Positions 51,579 through 64,000 of a DNA stretch of 64,000 nt are shown piece by piece. Location of the stretch: NCBI GenBank assembly GCA_964247055.1, contig OZ176053.1, forward strand, positions 9,362,001-9,426,000, read 5' to 3'. The position numbers were made by a program, and so were the translations under genes. Origin of the DNA: Paragordius varius (taxonomy: Eukaryota; Animalia; Nematomorpha). Each line of letters starts with the position of its first letter. Within the stretch, counting starts at the first letter, position 1. The notes below the pieces were generated by a model, which did not search any database, was not told the DNA's origin, and saw only the letters and a list, made by a program, of their open reading frames with translations.

Positions 51579-54443
51579 TTATAAATACAATGCATAAAGT
51601 TTGGCCTCCCAATCATAATTAAATTTTGGCACGAAACCAGCCTCCAAAATGTCTGAAAATCCTTCATCCATTGATGGTTCTTCATATTTATTCCTAATTA
51701 TATATTTTAAATACGTTTTACCATTATTAAAATTGGTAATTTTAAATTTTGAGAAAAATATTTTATCCATCCGACAAGGAAATGGAATAAAGTCAAAAAT
51801 ATACATAAAATATTACTTAAAAAGTTTAAAAACTAATTCGGGCACCGATGGTTTATTGTAGGCGGCTAGCAATAAATTTTCAGAATCCTCTCCATCATCA
51901 TGGGTAGAAATATAGTCGCTTACAATAATATCATTATCTTTATTATTATTGGGTAATTTTATGGAGCTTGTTAAAGCTCTGCCTAATTTATTGTTATGGA
52001 CATAGGCTAACGTTCTACGAAACCTTTCATTGTGTAAACATTGTTCATATGGTGTGTTCATTTTTATCCCACGCACTTGGATATTATATTCTTGAGCTAA
52101 TTCCATATACAGTTTACGAGAAATTCTATCAGGGTTTGTATTGTCAATTATGATGGAGTGTGCTGTAAGTTAAACACGAAATTAATTTGTATTTTAGGTT
52201 ATTTTTGTAAATAAAGGTATACAAAGGTTTTTTGTGAGAAACACGGGCAAAACGAACCAAAATTAACAATAAAAATTACAAAGGTTATTTTGACGCTAAA
52301 AACTTTTCACCCTCCCTATATGTATATTTTTTCATGCATGTTTTTTAGAAGATATATCATATAAACTTCAACGCATGGCCCATTTCAACAGTTTTAATCT
52401 ATAAAAGTGGTTTTAAAAATACAATCATAAAAATTTCTCTGGTTGTGCACAAAAGGTAGAATATTATTTTGCAAAAAAAGATATTTACTCACAAAAAAGG
52501 GATACTGTGATTTATGACAACGGTAGTTTTTAAAAACACTAAAGAAACTTCTCTAAAATGGATATCTGGAAATGTTGATTGGAGCAAAAATTAAAAAAAA
52601 AGTTTAATTAAGAAAAATTAAATATCTTTTTATAGTCGTTTATTATTTGTTGTGAATTTATAAACAAACTTTTTTTAGTTAGAATTTGCCGACACTTTAA
52701 TAAACATTTCTCCTTAGACTTGAGTGTATCCATATCAATTTTGGCGTATTTTCCATTGGTTTGTTTAATTATTTGATTAACAAGTGTGCTTTTACCAGAT
52801 GCTGGAGATCCAATCAATATAATCATCTAATATATAAAATACATTTTCACTTTGGAATTAATTTTATTCTATCTCATTATGTATTCAAAAGTAACGTTTT
52901 TTATATTTTGTATTTTTTCGAAATAATTTAAAATATCCAAATTTTTTCAGCACATTTGCCTTTATTAACAAATAATCTATTATGCAAATTCAATGTAAAG
53001 AAAATATAAAAACTGAAATTTTACTATTATCATGCAATTTTGCATAGTTTTTACAAAAATATTATATATTATAGCTTTTTGTGTAACGTTAAAAAAAGTG
53101 TATAGATAACTTCCATTTCGCACTGGTAATCAAATTGAAATGGTCGAAAGTGATTTCGTTGTAAAAAATTTTGGGGGTCAAATGTAGGAAGTTGATATGG
53201 AATCTTTAAATACAAATCATGAAAATATTCTTCAGGTGTATAAAATTTTAGCCCTGTGTTTAGGGCAAAGAGGCGATCGGCACACGAAAAATCCCTTTTA
53301 AATTTTTTCCCCTTAAAATGATACGCTTCTCTTCCAGCTGCGTCTATTGTATAAATATAATTTAAAATATATAGCAAGCTAAACTGTTTATTTAAACAGG
53401 GTAAATTTAAATATAATTATTTTATTTTGTGGGCTAATATTAAAAAAGATATAGTGATTGATGGTAAAATAATATTATCAGTTAGATATTTAAATTAGTA
53501 GGATATATAAAGAAACAAAAATACTGTTTACATTGAATAAAGGTCTTGTCTAACGTGAATAATAACGCAAAATGAAAAATTATGGTATTACTGCAACTTG
53601 TGTAAATGGAGAATCAAGCCTTTTAAATAAAATTATTTTTTGCACGTCTTTTATCAAATCTGCATGCGGACATTGATAATTTAATTATAAACGTTTAAGG
53701 GTTATATATAATAATCTTAGTTAACACTTATATGGTTACAAAAGAGATAATTTGTGATATAAATCCTGAAATGAAGCTAATTCACTAATAGTGAAATTCG
53801 ACAAGAGTTTATCAGTGTTCGCATAATGCTTTTTTATGCAAATTCAAAGATAGAAATAATATGTTTTTAAAAAAAGAAAAAAATACCTCCTACATAAAAT
53901 GACTTCTCGATATCAACTGTAATTCCATCCATTATAATTTTTGTTAAATATTGCCACATTCCAATATTGGGTTTCCTAAATATATCGTCACTCAAAGCAG
54001 CCAAAACTGTAACGCAAGCGCCTTCAGGAAAAAGAGATTTAACTATTCTTTCGATACGAATTTCAAAAGTATTTAGATTAATATTTCCTTTTTTTGATAA
54101 TAAACCTTTCTAAAATTATTTAATGTATACTTGATTCGTAAAAACAACAAAATTACAACGCTGACTATGGATTTTATGAATTATATTGATGTCACCATGG
54201 TTGCATAATTCCCAATCATCCACATTTTTAGGAAAAACATTTCCAGATTTAGTAGTAATTAACGTTCCATCCAAGTCGAAACATGCAAGCTTTATTCTAG
54301 ATAATTTTTACCTCCTTCGTGAAACTTCTGTTATTGCTTTGATATATAAAAAGAGATCCGGTGTTGGTCCAACTACCATTTGTGTCCGGTTTTTTAATAT
54401 AATTTGTGATACTTTCACTTTTAATTTTTTTTGCTTTGGACAT
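51579..54443 (-). CDS. PNKP: Bifunctional polynucleotide 3'-phosphatase/5'-kinase, 7 exons
   Basis: Exons 54312-54443, 54131-54289, 53887-54109, 53111-53343, 52670-52826, 51817-52162, 51579-51693. HAD motifs [40 protein letters not shown]; P-loop GSPASGKST; IIDNTNPD; EEPSMDEGF. Confidence 0.92.
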
Positions 54444-54999
54444 TTAAATTTGAAATCATGCAGAAGCGTATATCATGTGATTTTTATTTTTACACATGGA
54501 CGCAAAAAATATCCAGATATCCAGAAAAGGGTATGACAGGCATGGTCTTAACCGTCACTGTTTTCCCGCCTTCCTGCGTATTTACACGCCTCAGGGCAAG
54601 GGGACACCAATTCCCTGTTGTGTTGTTCTAAGGCTATCTACAGTAAAATATGTGGTGCAACAGATAAATTAAATTAACAGTATTATAACTATAAAATACC
54701 CGACCTCCGAGCAACTAGATGGCTGTCACTAAACCACCATTGACTGGTGTATGAGGGCAGCAAGGGACATCTTTTGTGGACAGTGGCGACGTGGGTCTGC
54801 TATACCCTTTTCTTGATACAATTTGATATCCACTATCAAAGTAATAAAAGTTACACTCAACCACAAACGCTCCCCCATCGGATCCGCCTTTTTTGCAAAA
54901 AGTTGAAGGAGACGCTTACGTCGACGCTAACCCTTTGCGTAATGAAATGTTTCTCTTCCTCTAAGAATTCTTTCTTAATTTAACTTAATTTTCCAGCCC

Positions 55000-55420
55000 C
55001 CTTTTGACACTAGGGTTACAAAATCTGTGTCCGCAAGGCCCACACTCTACAAGAAAACAACACACGTCAAAGCCATGTTCTACTTGCAGTAGGCTGGGTG
55101 GGCATCACCATTCCAGTGCACCACATTCAGACAACAGTATTCCCAGCACGAGATGCAAGTTATCGGTCTTCAAATTAGTGGCGAGTTGGTATCGTGTTTT
55201 CTTAAAGTAAATATCGCCTGTGATGACTCTTAACAATTTATTCACAACTACCTGAGCCTTGAGGGTATATTAGATAGAATTTGGCCACAACAATCCATAT
55301 AAGATCTTAGGGACGATTAGACTACATATCTTTAACTTCAAACTTTATGTAATACTGATATAAAATGTAACATTAGAGGTGCATTTGGTTATGGGGCTTA
55401 AGAATGTTGGATTATTTACA
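55000..55420 (-). pseudogene. Remnant of a non-LTR retrotransposon RT C-terminal region (not RTE-like; I/Jockey-type?)
   Basis: Minus frame SLIVPKILYGLLW...LKAQVVVNKLLRVITG resembles the LINE thumb motif SLIRP.L.YG..W...LQ..QNK.LR.ITG. Contains stops; boundaries approximate. Confidence 0.5.
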
Positions 55421-55773
55421 CATATGGTTGTTTGATATCAAAAAACTAAAAATATTTATAACCTTGGCCAAATTGACAAATATACTTTCTTTAGCATTTT
55501 GACCGCATGATACAAATATATTTTTTAAAAAATGTAAAATTGTATAGGATTTTTATCACAATTCATCGCCATTTTTCCATTAGTTTTTGAATCGCTAATA
55601 CTACAAACAAATAAATGTATTCTATAATTAATATAAATAATTTACACTGCAAAGGTTTCAAATTAAATTTAGTAAATATTTGATATATACAGTTTATTAG
55701 AGTCTCTTTTTCCTTTTTTATAATAAAGGGTAAGGACTTAAACTCCATCCGGACATAGTGATGATGGAAAAAT

Positions 55774-55842
55774 TGCGTCGCGGGGTTCGAACTCTGGCAG
55801 CCAGTGTACGAGTCGCGCCCTACCTACTATACCATCAAGCGC
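55774..55842 (-). pseudogene. tRNA-derived sequence (degenerate tRNA or SINE head)
   Basis: Minus strand: A box TGGTATAGTAGGTAG, B box GAGTTCGAACC, then TTTTT. Acceptor and anticodon stems pair poorly, so it is not called a functional tRNA. Confidence 0.5.
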
Positions 55843-57458
55843 TGAAATATTTAATGTTAATATAAGTTTACTTCTATAATTTTTTGGAGGTGCCCGAAAT
55901 TCGGACTATAAATTTAAAACTGTAAGAATTATGACTTTTAACTAATACAGGAGAAGACATTAGGTAATTAAAATTTAACCGAATAAGAGTAGTTTGTTTT
56001 ATAATTTAGCCTCTGGAGTAACTACCCCAAAACATGGCATATAAAAATGAAGATTTAATGAAGTTTTATGTAATTGAAATGAGTTTTAAAAATCAAATGT
56101 TGGTAGACAATCTAATTGGTCAAAGTTTTGAGGTGATAGAAATGTTTAACGTCATTGTTCTGAAAAAGTTTCTAATAATATTGTTTTTATGCTGTTTCCA
56201 ACTATATCTCAAATCCCATAAGATACGCTCCAAATTTTTAAAAATTAATTTTTTAGGCAAAGTATGCATTTTTTAAATTTAACTTGTAACACTTAATTTG
56301 ATTATTTAATTACAAGATGACATTGGGGTAATTTTACATCCCAGAACTCAAGGTAAAAACACTACGGTTATAAAAAATTTTAGTAATAATCTAATTATTG
56401 GGCCTTTTTCGCGTTTATTACTTAAGCTTATATTTAACAGTTTTAAAAAGGAACTCCATAACACGGAACTAACAGCTGATTTACAATCAATAAGGATCAA
56501 GTATTTGCGGGTTAAATAAAACTAAGATTTCTCAAGTCAATATGAATTCTCACCATACATTTATTTGTCTGTTGATTAGCGATTAAAATAATTAAAAAAA
56601 AATCAGCGGTGAAAAAGGTTGTCAGATAACGAAGTTTTGTGATTATTTATTATAATTTTTAATTTTGGCCTAATAAGGTAAATAATTTTTAGGATATTCC
56701 AAGTTAATATTTTTGGATATAAAACTACCCGAAAAGATTATGAAGTGAATTAACTCTTAGATAATCAAATGTTAAATCGTTGCGCATTAAGATACCCCAA
56801 AAGCTAATTAAATGATAATAGACTATATATTTAAAATTTCGGCATTTTTCACTATTAAAAATACTAGGTCTTTTTGGAAGGGGCATAAAATATGATCGGA
56901 GAACGCATCTATAAATTTTTTCCAAAATAATTGACCTTAATTCTTATAACGACAACTTCCTCATGGTTTATATATACCAATGTACAATTTAAATTTTTGG
57001 CATATAAAATAAAATATTTTCTTAAAACCAAGTGCCGAGATTGCGGTTTAATTTTTACTGCATGTTTATGACATCAAAATAAGATTCAGACATACTTTGT
57101 TTATTCAAATTTTGAATTTTGTCGAGGCATATTTTATGAAATTTGACAAGCAGAAACAATATTAAGATATATAAAAACTCTTTATATTTAAAGCTGTTGT
57201 ATTCTGGAAATTTTCATTTAACGTTTCGCTCATCTTCAAAATTGTATAAAGTGTGCATTTTAAAATGACAAATTTGAAAAAAAAACATATTTTATAATAA
57301 ATCATAAGTGATATTTAAACAGATTAAGTAATTTACTTTGTTATTATAAAACTTTAAGTGCATAAAATGATTTCTGCAATCTGTATAAAATATATAAAGA
57401 TTGGACATCACAAATATCTAATCAAAATTTTGGTATTTATTTAAGCAAAAGAAAAATA

Positions 57459-57541
57459 TTAAACATTTATCATTCTACTTAATTTTTGGATACGATTGAG
57501 TAGGATATCTCCATGCTTAATGGTAGTCTGTTAGAAATTAA

Positions 57542-57587
<46 letters not shown>

Positions 57588-60426
57588 AATTGGTTATATT
57601 GATTAAAAAATGTAACTTGATATTGGAAATTCTTATTATCTGGTCTTGTTGTTTCAACTATATTAAGCATGGCATCAATTTTACAATGCAAACGCCCATC
57701 AGCAATAAATCTTGATAACTCTCTGCAAAATAAAACATTAGTTTAAAAAATTATGAAAACTCAAATGGGTGTGGTGTGTTTATGTATAAATATATGATAT
57801 AAAAATATATTGCGTAAAAATAAATTTGTATTCATTAATATAGTTTTAAAACTATATAAAATTATGCAATCCAATATTTTAACTTATTCTATATTAATAG
57901 TATTTATACTCATCCTTAGAAGAAAAGATATGAAATTAAGTACGATGGTTAAAATTTAATTTATCAATATAAAGAAAAATATTTAACTCATCATCAATAA
58001 GAATATGCGAAAATCACCTATCAATAAACTGGGTACTGACACCAAATGCTTTAGCCATAAAATCGAGCGATAAACTTTTGTAGGATTGTAGGAGTTGACT
58101 GTAAGCTAAAATACGCATTTCACGGCAATAGTATCTGTAATGAGGTGCCAAATATCGATCATACTTCAATATAGTTTCCACTTCGGCTAACCACAGAATT
58201 TAATTTTTTAAAAAACATATTTATAAAAATTTATAAGCTTATGTGAATAATTTGAATAGTGAAACAAGCAAAAATAAAATACAAAAGATATTTAAGTCTA
58301 TTCAATTAACCTAATTTCTGGAAAAATACATCATATCGACAATCATATAATGAGTGTAGGTATTCACGAATCAAAGGTATCCCATATAAAACCTCGGTAA
58401 TTTCAGCTCCCTTTATAATCTATAATTGTAAAATTAGGATTGTATATTTACAAATTAATTATGGTGAAAATATACAACAAATCAATAAAAAACAATAAAA
58501 ATCATAGAGCTTAGCATAAAAATTATAATGTTTTAGCATATAAATTATAAAAGGGTTGAATTTCGGATCGTGATGATACATTAAGTTTGTTTTAAATGAT
58601 ATTTAAAAATAATGATTGTTTATTTCAAACGGCTAAAATATTTAGATGTGAGGTATAAGAAATTATATGATTTTATAGATAAAAAAAACCTAATAACAAA
58701 ATATATTTATACTCATATAGAATTTAATAATCGTAGCAATATTCGAAAATAATTCAAGTTTTTATATTTTTTAAAACAATTTTCACAAAATATAGGATAT
58801 TTAGGGCTAATATACACATGTGCACATTAGTTTAAACCACTGGCTTATAAAACGAATTTATTATTGTTTACCATTTGATTTAGGTATAAAAAGAATATTT
58901 CAGAGTTTGCCGAGTAGCATATACTAAATGGTTTTAGTTTAAATGTGTATATTTATGTGATGATTAATTTTCAATATTGAATCAAAATAATCATGCTAAT
59001 TTTAAATTAACAATAGAACCGACATCTAAATATAAATCATTGGACCTAAATCCAATAGATATTAAAACTTTTCGTAACAGTAAAAATATGCAAAACTAAA
59101 GACTAAAAGTTAACTTAATACTAGTGGAATCAAAAAAGTTTAGAATTCGATCCCGATATATACCATATGTTTAAATTAATTACAAAGATAAAACGTGAAC
59201 ATATATTATACGATAGAATGAACCTTTGATTTTATATCTGTACGTGGAATCGCAACCACACTACATATCACAGCATATGTGATGTAATTTTTATAATCCA
59301 TAAGTTCGTAGGAAGTAAAAGTCGAAACCGTATCCAAAAACAATCGACTGGCCGTTTTAAAATCTCGAATACACATGGAATAAATGGCTTGATAGGCTTT
59401 TAGGCGATTTCTTCGGTCCCAATCTCCACCCTCTTCAATCAAACTAACACATGTTTTTTAGGAAAATAAACTTTAAATATTATAATGGTATTTAAGTAAA
59501 TTTATGGAGTTTTTTTAAAAAATTTTGGAGCAGAATGAATTATTAATTGGTTGTAATATTGCATTATATTTTGTTTATATTTGTTAATATTACTATCCCA
59601 CAGAAGTATTAAAATGTTACAAAGAGTAATCATTTTCTATTTAAATTGAAAAAAATGTAATTTTAATACAAGGTTTATATAAAACTAGCTAAATGTCATT
59701 GCATAAATAATTTCAAAGGTATTAAAAGATTGTCTTGATAAATATTAAAATATAAACTATTGGGCAAATTTTTAATAGAATGATTCTTTGAATATAACAA
59801 TAAACAAACCTCTTTGCCTTCTCGATATTTCGACTAATAATATCATGGTCCAAATAAAACAAACCAATTCTTATTTGGAAAAAAACCAAATCAAGTCTAT
59901 GACCGATAGCAGTAGTCTTTTCATTCGCATATCTAATTGCAGTCATCGTTGCTTCCTACATTATATAATTATAAATAAAAAATACATTCTAAAAAAGTAC
60001 TAAAATTATATTATAAATAAAAAATACATTCTAAAAAAGTACTAACAATAATTATATCCGCTTACTTTATCCCCGATTTTACATAAATATTCAGCTTTAG
60101 CCAATAGTGCAGCTCGAACCTCGGTATCTCCTGAATTTTGTTGTGCATCAGATATGGCATCTTCAAGCTCCTTTAATTTTTCTTGATTATTAATATTCAT
60201 ATTTTCAAAAAGTTTTTCATCAAAATGCCATTTTAGATCTTCACATACATTTTTATAAAACGGTGCCATATCTAAAAATTTTAAATATAAAAAAACGATT
60301 GGATCTAATAGCTTCTATAATTTTTTCAGTTAGCGCTTTATCATCTTTATACTTCGGAGTTTTCAACAGAAAGAGCCATTGTGCTATTTCTAAATCAGGG
60401 TTCTTTGCTAATGCTTCTTGTTCCAT
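57459..60426 (-). CDS. PSMD6: 26S proteasome non-ATPase regulatory subunit 6 (Rpn7), 8 exons
   Basis: Exons 60297-60426, 60066-60271, 59810-59955, 59224-59443, 58311-58419, 58018-58186, 57617-57722, 57459-57527, all GT-AG and phase-consistent. Product contains [82 protein letters not shown]. Confidence 0.95.
57547..57584. repeat. (TA)n microsatellite in the last PSMD6 intron
   Basis: Visible run; similar runs at ~30314-30335, ~33650-33672 and ~35252-35276. Confidence 0.9.
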
Positions 60427-60535
60427 GTATGAATGATAAATTGATGGTAAAGAAATAGCTGTATTTGTTACAATTTTTATACCGTAAAAATTACAACAAT
60501 ATTTTATATATGCATATATATAGACATTTAAGACA

Positions 60536-61108
60536 ATTCAAATTGGGGTATCTAAATAGCCCAAAATTAAAATTTTTGAAAAACTACTGAAGGAAACGGT
60601 CCCAATATAAATTTATGCTTTTTTACTGAAATATATTATATAAATATGCCAAAATATCTTGATAAAATTTTGTTTTGAAAAAAAAGTTCCACCTCAAACT
60701 ACTTCGACGCTATTTTTATTTTACAAAAATTTTGCAAAATATCGTCTTCATTTAATTATAAGGGTAAAATTAAAGCTTATTTTTTTATAAATTACATCTA
60801 ACATTGATAAAAATAGAAAAAGCGGTTTATTTTGTATTATTTTTTAATTTTACAATTTGACACATGTCACGTTGACTAAATTTTTACCTTTGAGTTTTAG
60901 CTCAAAATAAGTAATATCAAGTATATTGTATATTTGAATAAAATTTTTTATATATTTCGGTTTATTTTCTTATATAAGTGCGAAGTTTTGCCATGTCGAT
61001 TGCTTCCATACTTTCTAAATTATTGGATTTTAAACAGGCCTAGGGTATCCAACTACCCCAATTCGAATCGAAGGATTAAAATGAGTGTGTTGTATCCAAG
61101 TGTTAATA
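60536..61108 (+). mobile_element. Hairpin-subTIR element, copy 3 of 3, ~110 bp upstream of the PSMD6 ATG
   Basis: Homologous to 9233-9793 and 29032-29612. Confidence 0.8.
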
Positions 61109-61779
61109 ATAAAACGTTCTCTAAGGCGGGTTACTGACCGCATTTTTCCCATTATAATAATATATAAATATGGCTAATTACACTGGACAATAAATGTTGA
61201 CTATAATTAAGTTCCATTCTTGCAAAGTTCATAAATATATCTGAAAAAAATTGGTTTAACACCTAAGAAATATTTATTATTAGAGTTTATCGAAAATTTT
61301 TGGCCCCTATTAACTATTAAACTCGATATTTTCAAAATTTAAAGTTTAGATATAGAGCTTTTTATTTTCAATTATTTGAAAGGGCCCAAAATAAATCTTT
61401 TGAATAATAGTTAGTCATTTAAATCAATCAGATGTAAAAGTTATTTGGCTTAACATGGTCAAAATTTTATATCCTTAAGTCAAAAATTTTCAACAAACTA
61501 ATTAAAAAACATATGAATCATTTAATTATAAATATTGTGGGTTCACATTTGTATAAAATTTTAAATTTTTTTTTAAAAAGCTTCTAGTTTGCTAATTTAA
61601 TATAAATTATTATTATCATAATTATTTTGCCTAATGGATACAAAGCAATGATTACAACTGTAAATTTATTATCACAACCGCAAAAAAGATCACCCAATAC
61701 CTTAAACTATATTTTTAGTCTTTAAAATAAGCCTTCTTATACCATTTCCTAGTTAAAAAACGTTTTTTAGCCATTCGAA

Positions 61780-61873
61780 ACATTTTCCCAATCAATAAAA
61801 AAGTTTCCCCAGTCAATTGTGATAAATATCAAAACAAGAAATAAAAATAACTTTTAACCATTATCAGCGTAAT
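61780..61873 (-). repeat. Partial copy of the dispersed repeat at 421-610
   Basis: Reverse complement of attacgctgataatggttaaaagttattttta...gattgggaaaatg. Confidence 0.75.
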
Positions 61874-62674
61874 ATAAAGATATTATTATTGCAATTATAA
61901 TTCAGCTAAAATTGAATGAAATAATTAGAGTAAATTTCGAAATTTTATTTTTAGTTTATATTTTACAAAGCTTACTTATAGCAATCGAAAATTTACTTAA
62001 TAAATTCATTAATTTTTGCTGAATAATTGCAATAATAATCCAATAATACTTTAGCTTAAACAATATCCAATTAAGATATTATTTTTTATGTATACACAAT
62101 TATACAGCGCACAATCATTAATGACTTATTCTTTAAAATATATTTTATGGAATTTGGGTATTTATAAGAAATGTTTAATAATTTTTTGTTTTAACGATGG
62201 TGCGCATCAATATTTAGGGCTAAGATGTGTAAAGTTTGTCTAAATAAATCCTGTCGGAAAAGAATAATTAAATAAAAAATATTTTTTAGAAGAAAATAAA
62301 AAGCATTTGACTAAAAGATAAATAATTATATAAATTAGTGCAAATGAAAACCCAATTTGAAGTGTTCAATGACCGATTTGAGATGAGTAAGATTTTTTAA
62401 TTTAATATTAAGTTATATATTTTATGGGTTAGCCCCGATTTATAAACGCGAACCATTGATTGGATAAAAAAAGGTTATTAAATATTTTCTTAAATATCTC
62501 AAAAAATATACAATGCACATCCAGCTAATAAAATACTTGTAAAGAATAAGTCATTAATATTTATCCATTGGCATATAATAAAAATATATTTAATAATTGT
62601 GTTTTCTAAAAAATAATATCCTAATTAGTGTGCTCTTAATGATTAAAAGTTATTTTTATATTTTTGATAGTTAT

Positions 62675-63673
62675 CAGGGCTTGGACCCGAAACCGCATGG
62701 AACCGGAACCCGGTTCCAGGGATTTTGGCAAGAATCGATTCCATGTGGATGGAACGAACGCGCTTTCGGTTCCAATTCCCCAGGAACCAGCCTTGTACCG
62801 ATTCCAAAATTTCAGGAACCACCCCGGTTTTATCTATAAATTTTTCTGAACCAACCGGGTTCCGGTTCCAACCGTTCAGGAACCAACCCGGTTCCGATTC
62901 GACCCCCTTAATTACTGGTTCTCATATGATTTTTATTATAAAATTTTTTATTATTATTTAAATTTGAGTGTACCACTACATATTACATACATCAAATTTC
63001 AAACCTACAACTAAGCGCCTATTTATTTTAGGCGTACTCTCTGAATTTTGGGTGATTCGGCCTTCTAAAAAACTAAAAGTCAAAACTTAAGATTTTTTAT
63101 TATATACATGTTCGTATATATGGGTCTCCGTTGAAAGGTTTTTTTAACCCTTAATTTATTTTCAGATTTGAGAAACAGTTTGACCAGCGAATCGCTTGGT
63201 CCAATAATTTTTTAAAGATAAATTTTTTTGATGTCCTTAATTTAATACTCATTATATACCTTTGTACTTATAGATTTTTGTATTATATTTTTAAAATTTG
63301 TTTCATTTATGATGCTACATTATATTTATTTAACTATACATTTAGCAATTTATAATAAATTGTTTGATTTATAATTATCAGTATTTGGTTATATTTTTAT
63401 TATAATAATTTTGTAAGAAAATTTAATCAAAAGTCAGAAACCGAAAATGGAACCGGTTCTAAATGTCAAGAACCGGCTCCGGAACCGCTAAATTTTTAAG
63501 GAACCAACGCGGTTCTGGTTCCACATGTTCAGGAATCACCCTGGTTTCGGTTCCAAAGTTTCAAGAGCCGCCCGGTTCTTTTTTTAAAATTCTGAGAACC
63601 AAAGCGGATCCGGTTCCGCTTGTTAAGGAACCCCGGTTCCGGTTCCACTTTTTGTAACCGGTTTCAAGCCCTG
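62675..63673. mobile_element. hAT MITE, 999 bp
   Basis: TIR CAGGGCTTG(G/A)A, dense subterminal GGAACC/AACCGG motifs in opposite orientation at the two ends, AT-rich core, 8-bp TSD atagttat / atatttat (62667-62674, 63674-63681). Confidence 0.88.
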
Positions 63674-64000
63674 ATATTTATCATCAAAAAGAAGTCGTTT
63701 GACTTAGAAAATGTTTTTATTGAGTGGGGAAACGTTTTATTGACTGGGAAAACGTTTTTTCTGTCAGGGAATCGGTATATATATATTAATATAATGGTAA
63801 TTTTTTTTAAAAAAACAAAATTTAAAAATGACTGTTTGAAATGACATAATTGAAATGATATAAAAGCAATAAATAAATGTTTTAATCAAAAAACGTTCTT
63901 TTGTTATCTTATCAGTCATTGATTGCCATCTAACAAAATTTGAGCTAATTTCCTTTATTAGTTTAAACAAATGCTTTTTGCGCGTTTGTCGCTTCCAATA

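Noticed and set aside
55774-55842. Functional tRNA-Thr(CGT)
   Set aside because: A and B boxes are present, but the acceptor and anticodon stems do not pair; kept only as tRNA-derived.
44502-60296. Alternative genetic code or frameshifting as the explanation for stops and shifts in conserved genes
   Set aside because: The interruptions are bounded by GT...AG, most are not multiples of 3, and the genes end at TAA/TGA at the homologous positions under the standard code.
62597-63657. Pro/Gly/Arg-rich ORFs near the window end
   Set aside because: They derive from GGAACC subterminal repeats of the hAT MITE.

Overview
Very AT-rich eukaryotic, most likely animal, genomic DNA (composition judged by eye, not computed). 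The ORF track misses most host genes because they are split by introns. Reading both strands by hand gives five recognisable host genes: a REXO5/NEF-sp-like DEDDh exonuclease (-), an intronless CatSper4-like cation channel subunit (-), mitochondrial ribosomal protein L2 (+), polynucleotide kinase-phosphatase PNKP (-) and proteasome lid subunit PSMD6/Rpn7 (-). There is also one unidentified 325-aa Ser/Asn-rich ORF. Much of the rest is transposon-derived: a decayed Ty3/gypsy LTR element, three RTE-clade LINEs (one 5'-inverted, two carrying a PHD-like finger), a Helitron Rep-helicase remnant, a young tandem array of non-autonomous Helitrons, nested hAT/Tc1 MITEs, a three-copy hairpin-ended element and minisatellites. 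The strongest unusual signal is a class of ultrashort (21-25 nt) GT-AG introns. Their removal is required to restore conserved reading frames in MRPL2, PNKP and PSMD6 (two more candidates in REXO5), and they coexist with introns of hundreds to thousands of nt. The CatSper4-like pore reads TQSGW instead of TQDGW. No CRISPR array, rRNA or prokaryotic features were seen. The species cannot be determined from this window. All alignments are from memory of the families, not database searches.
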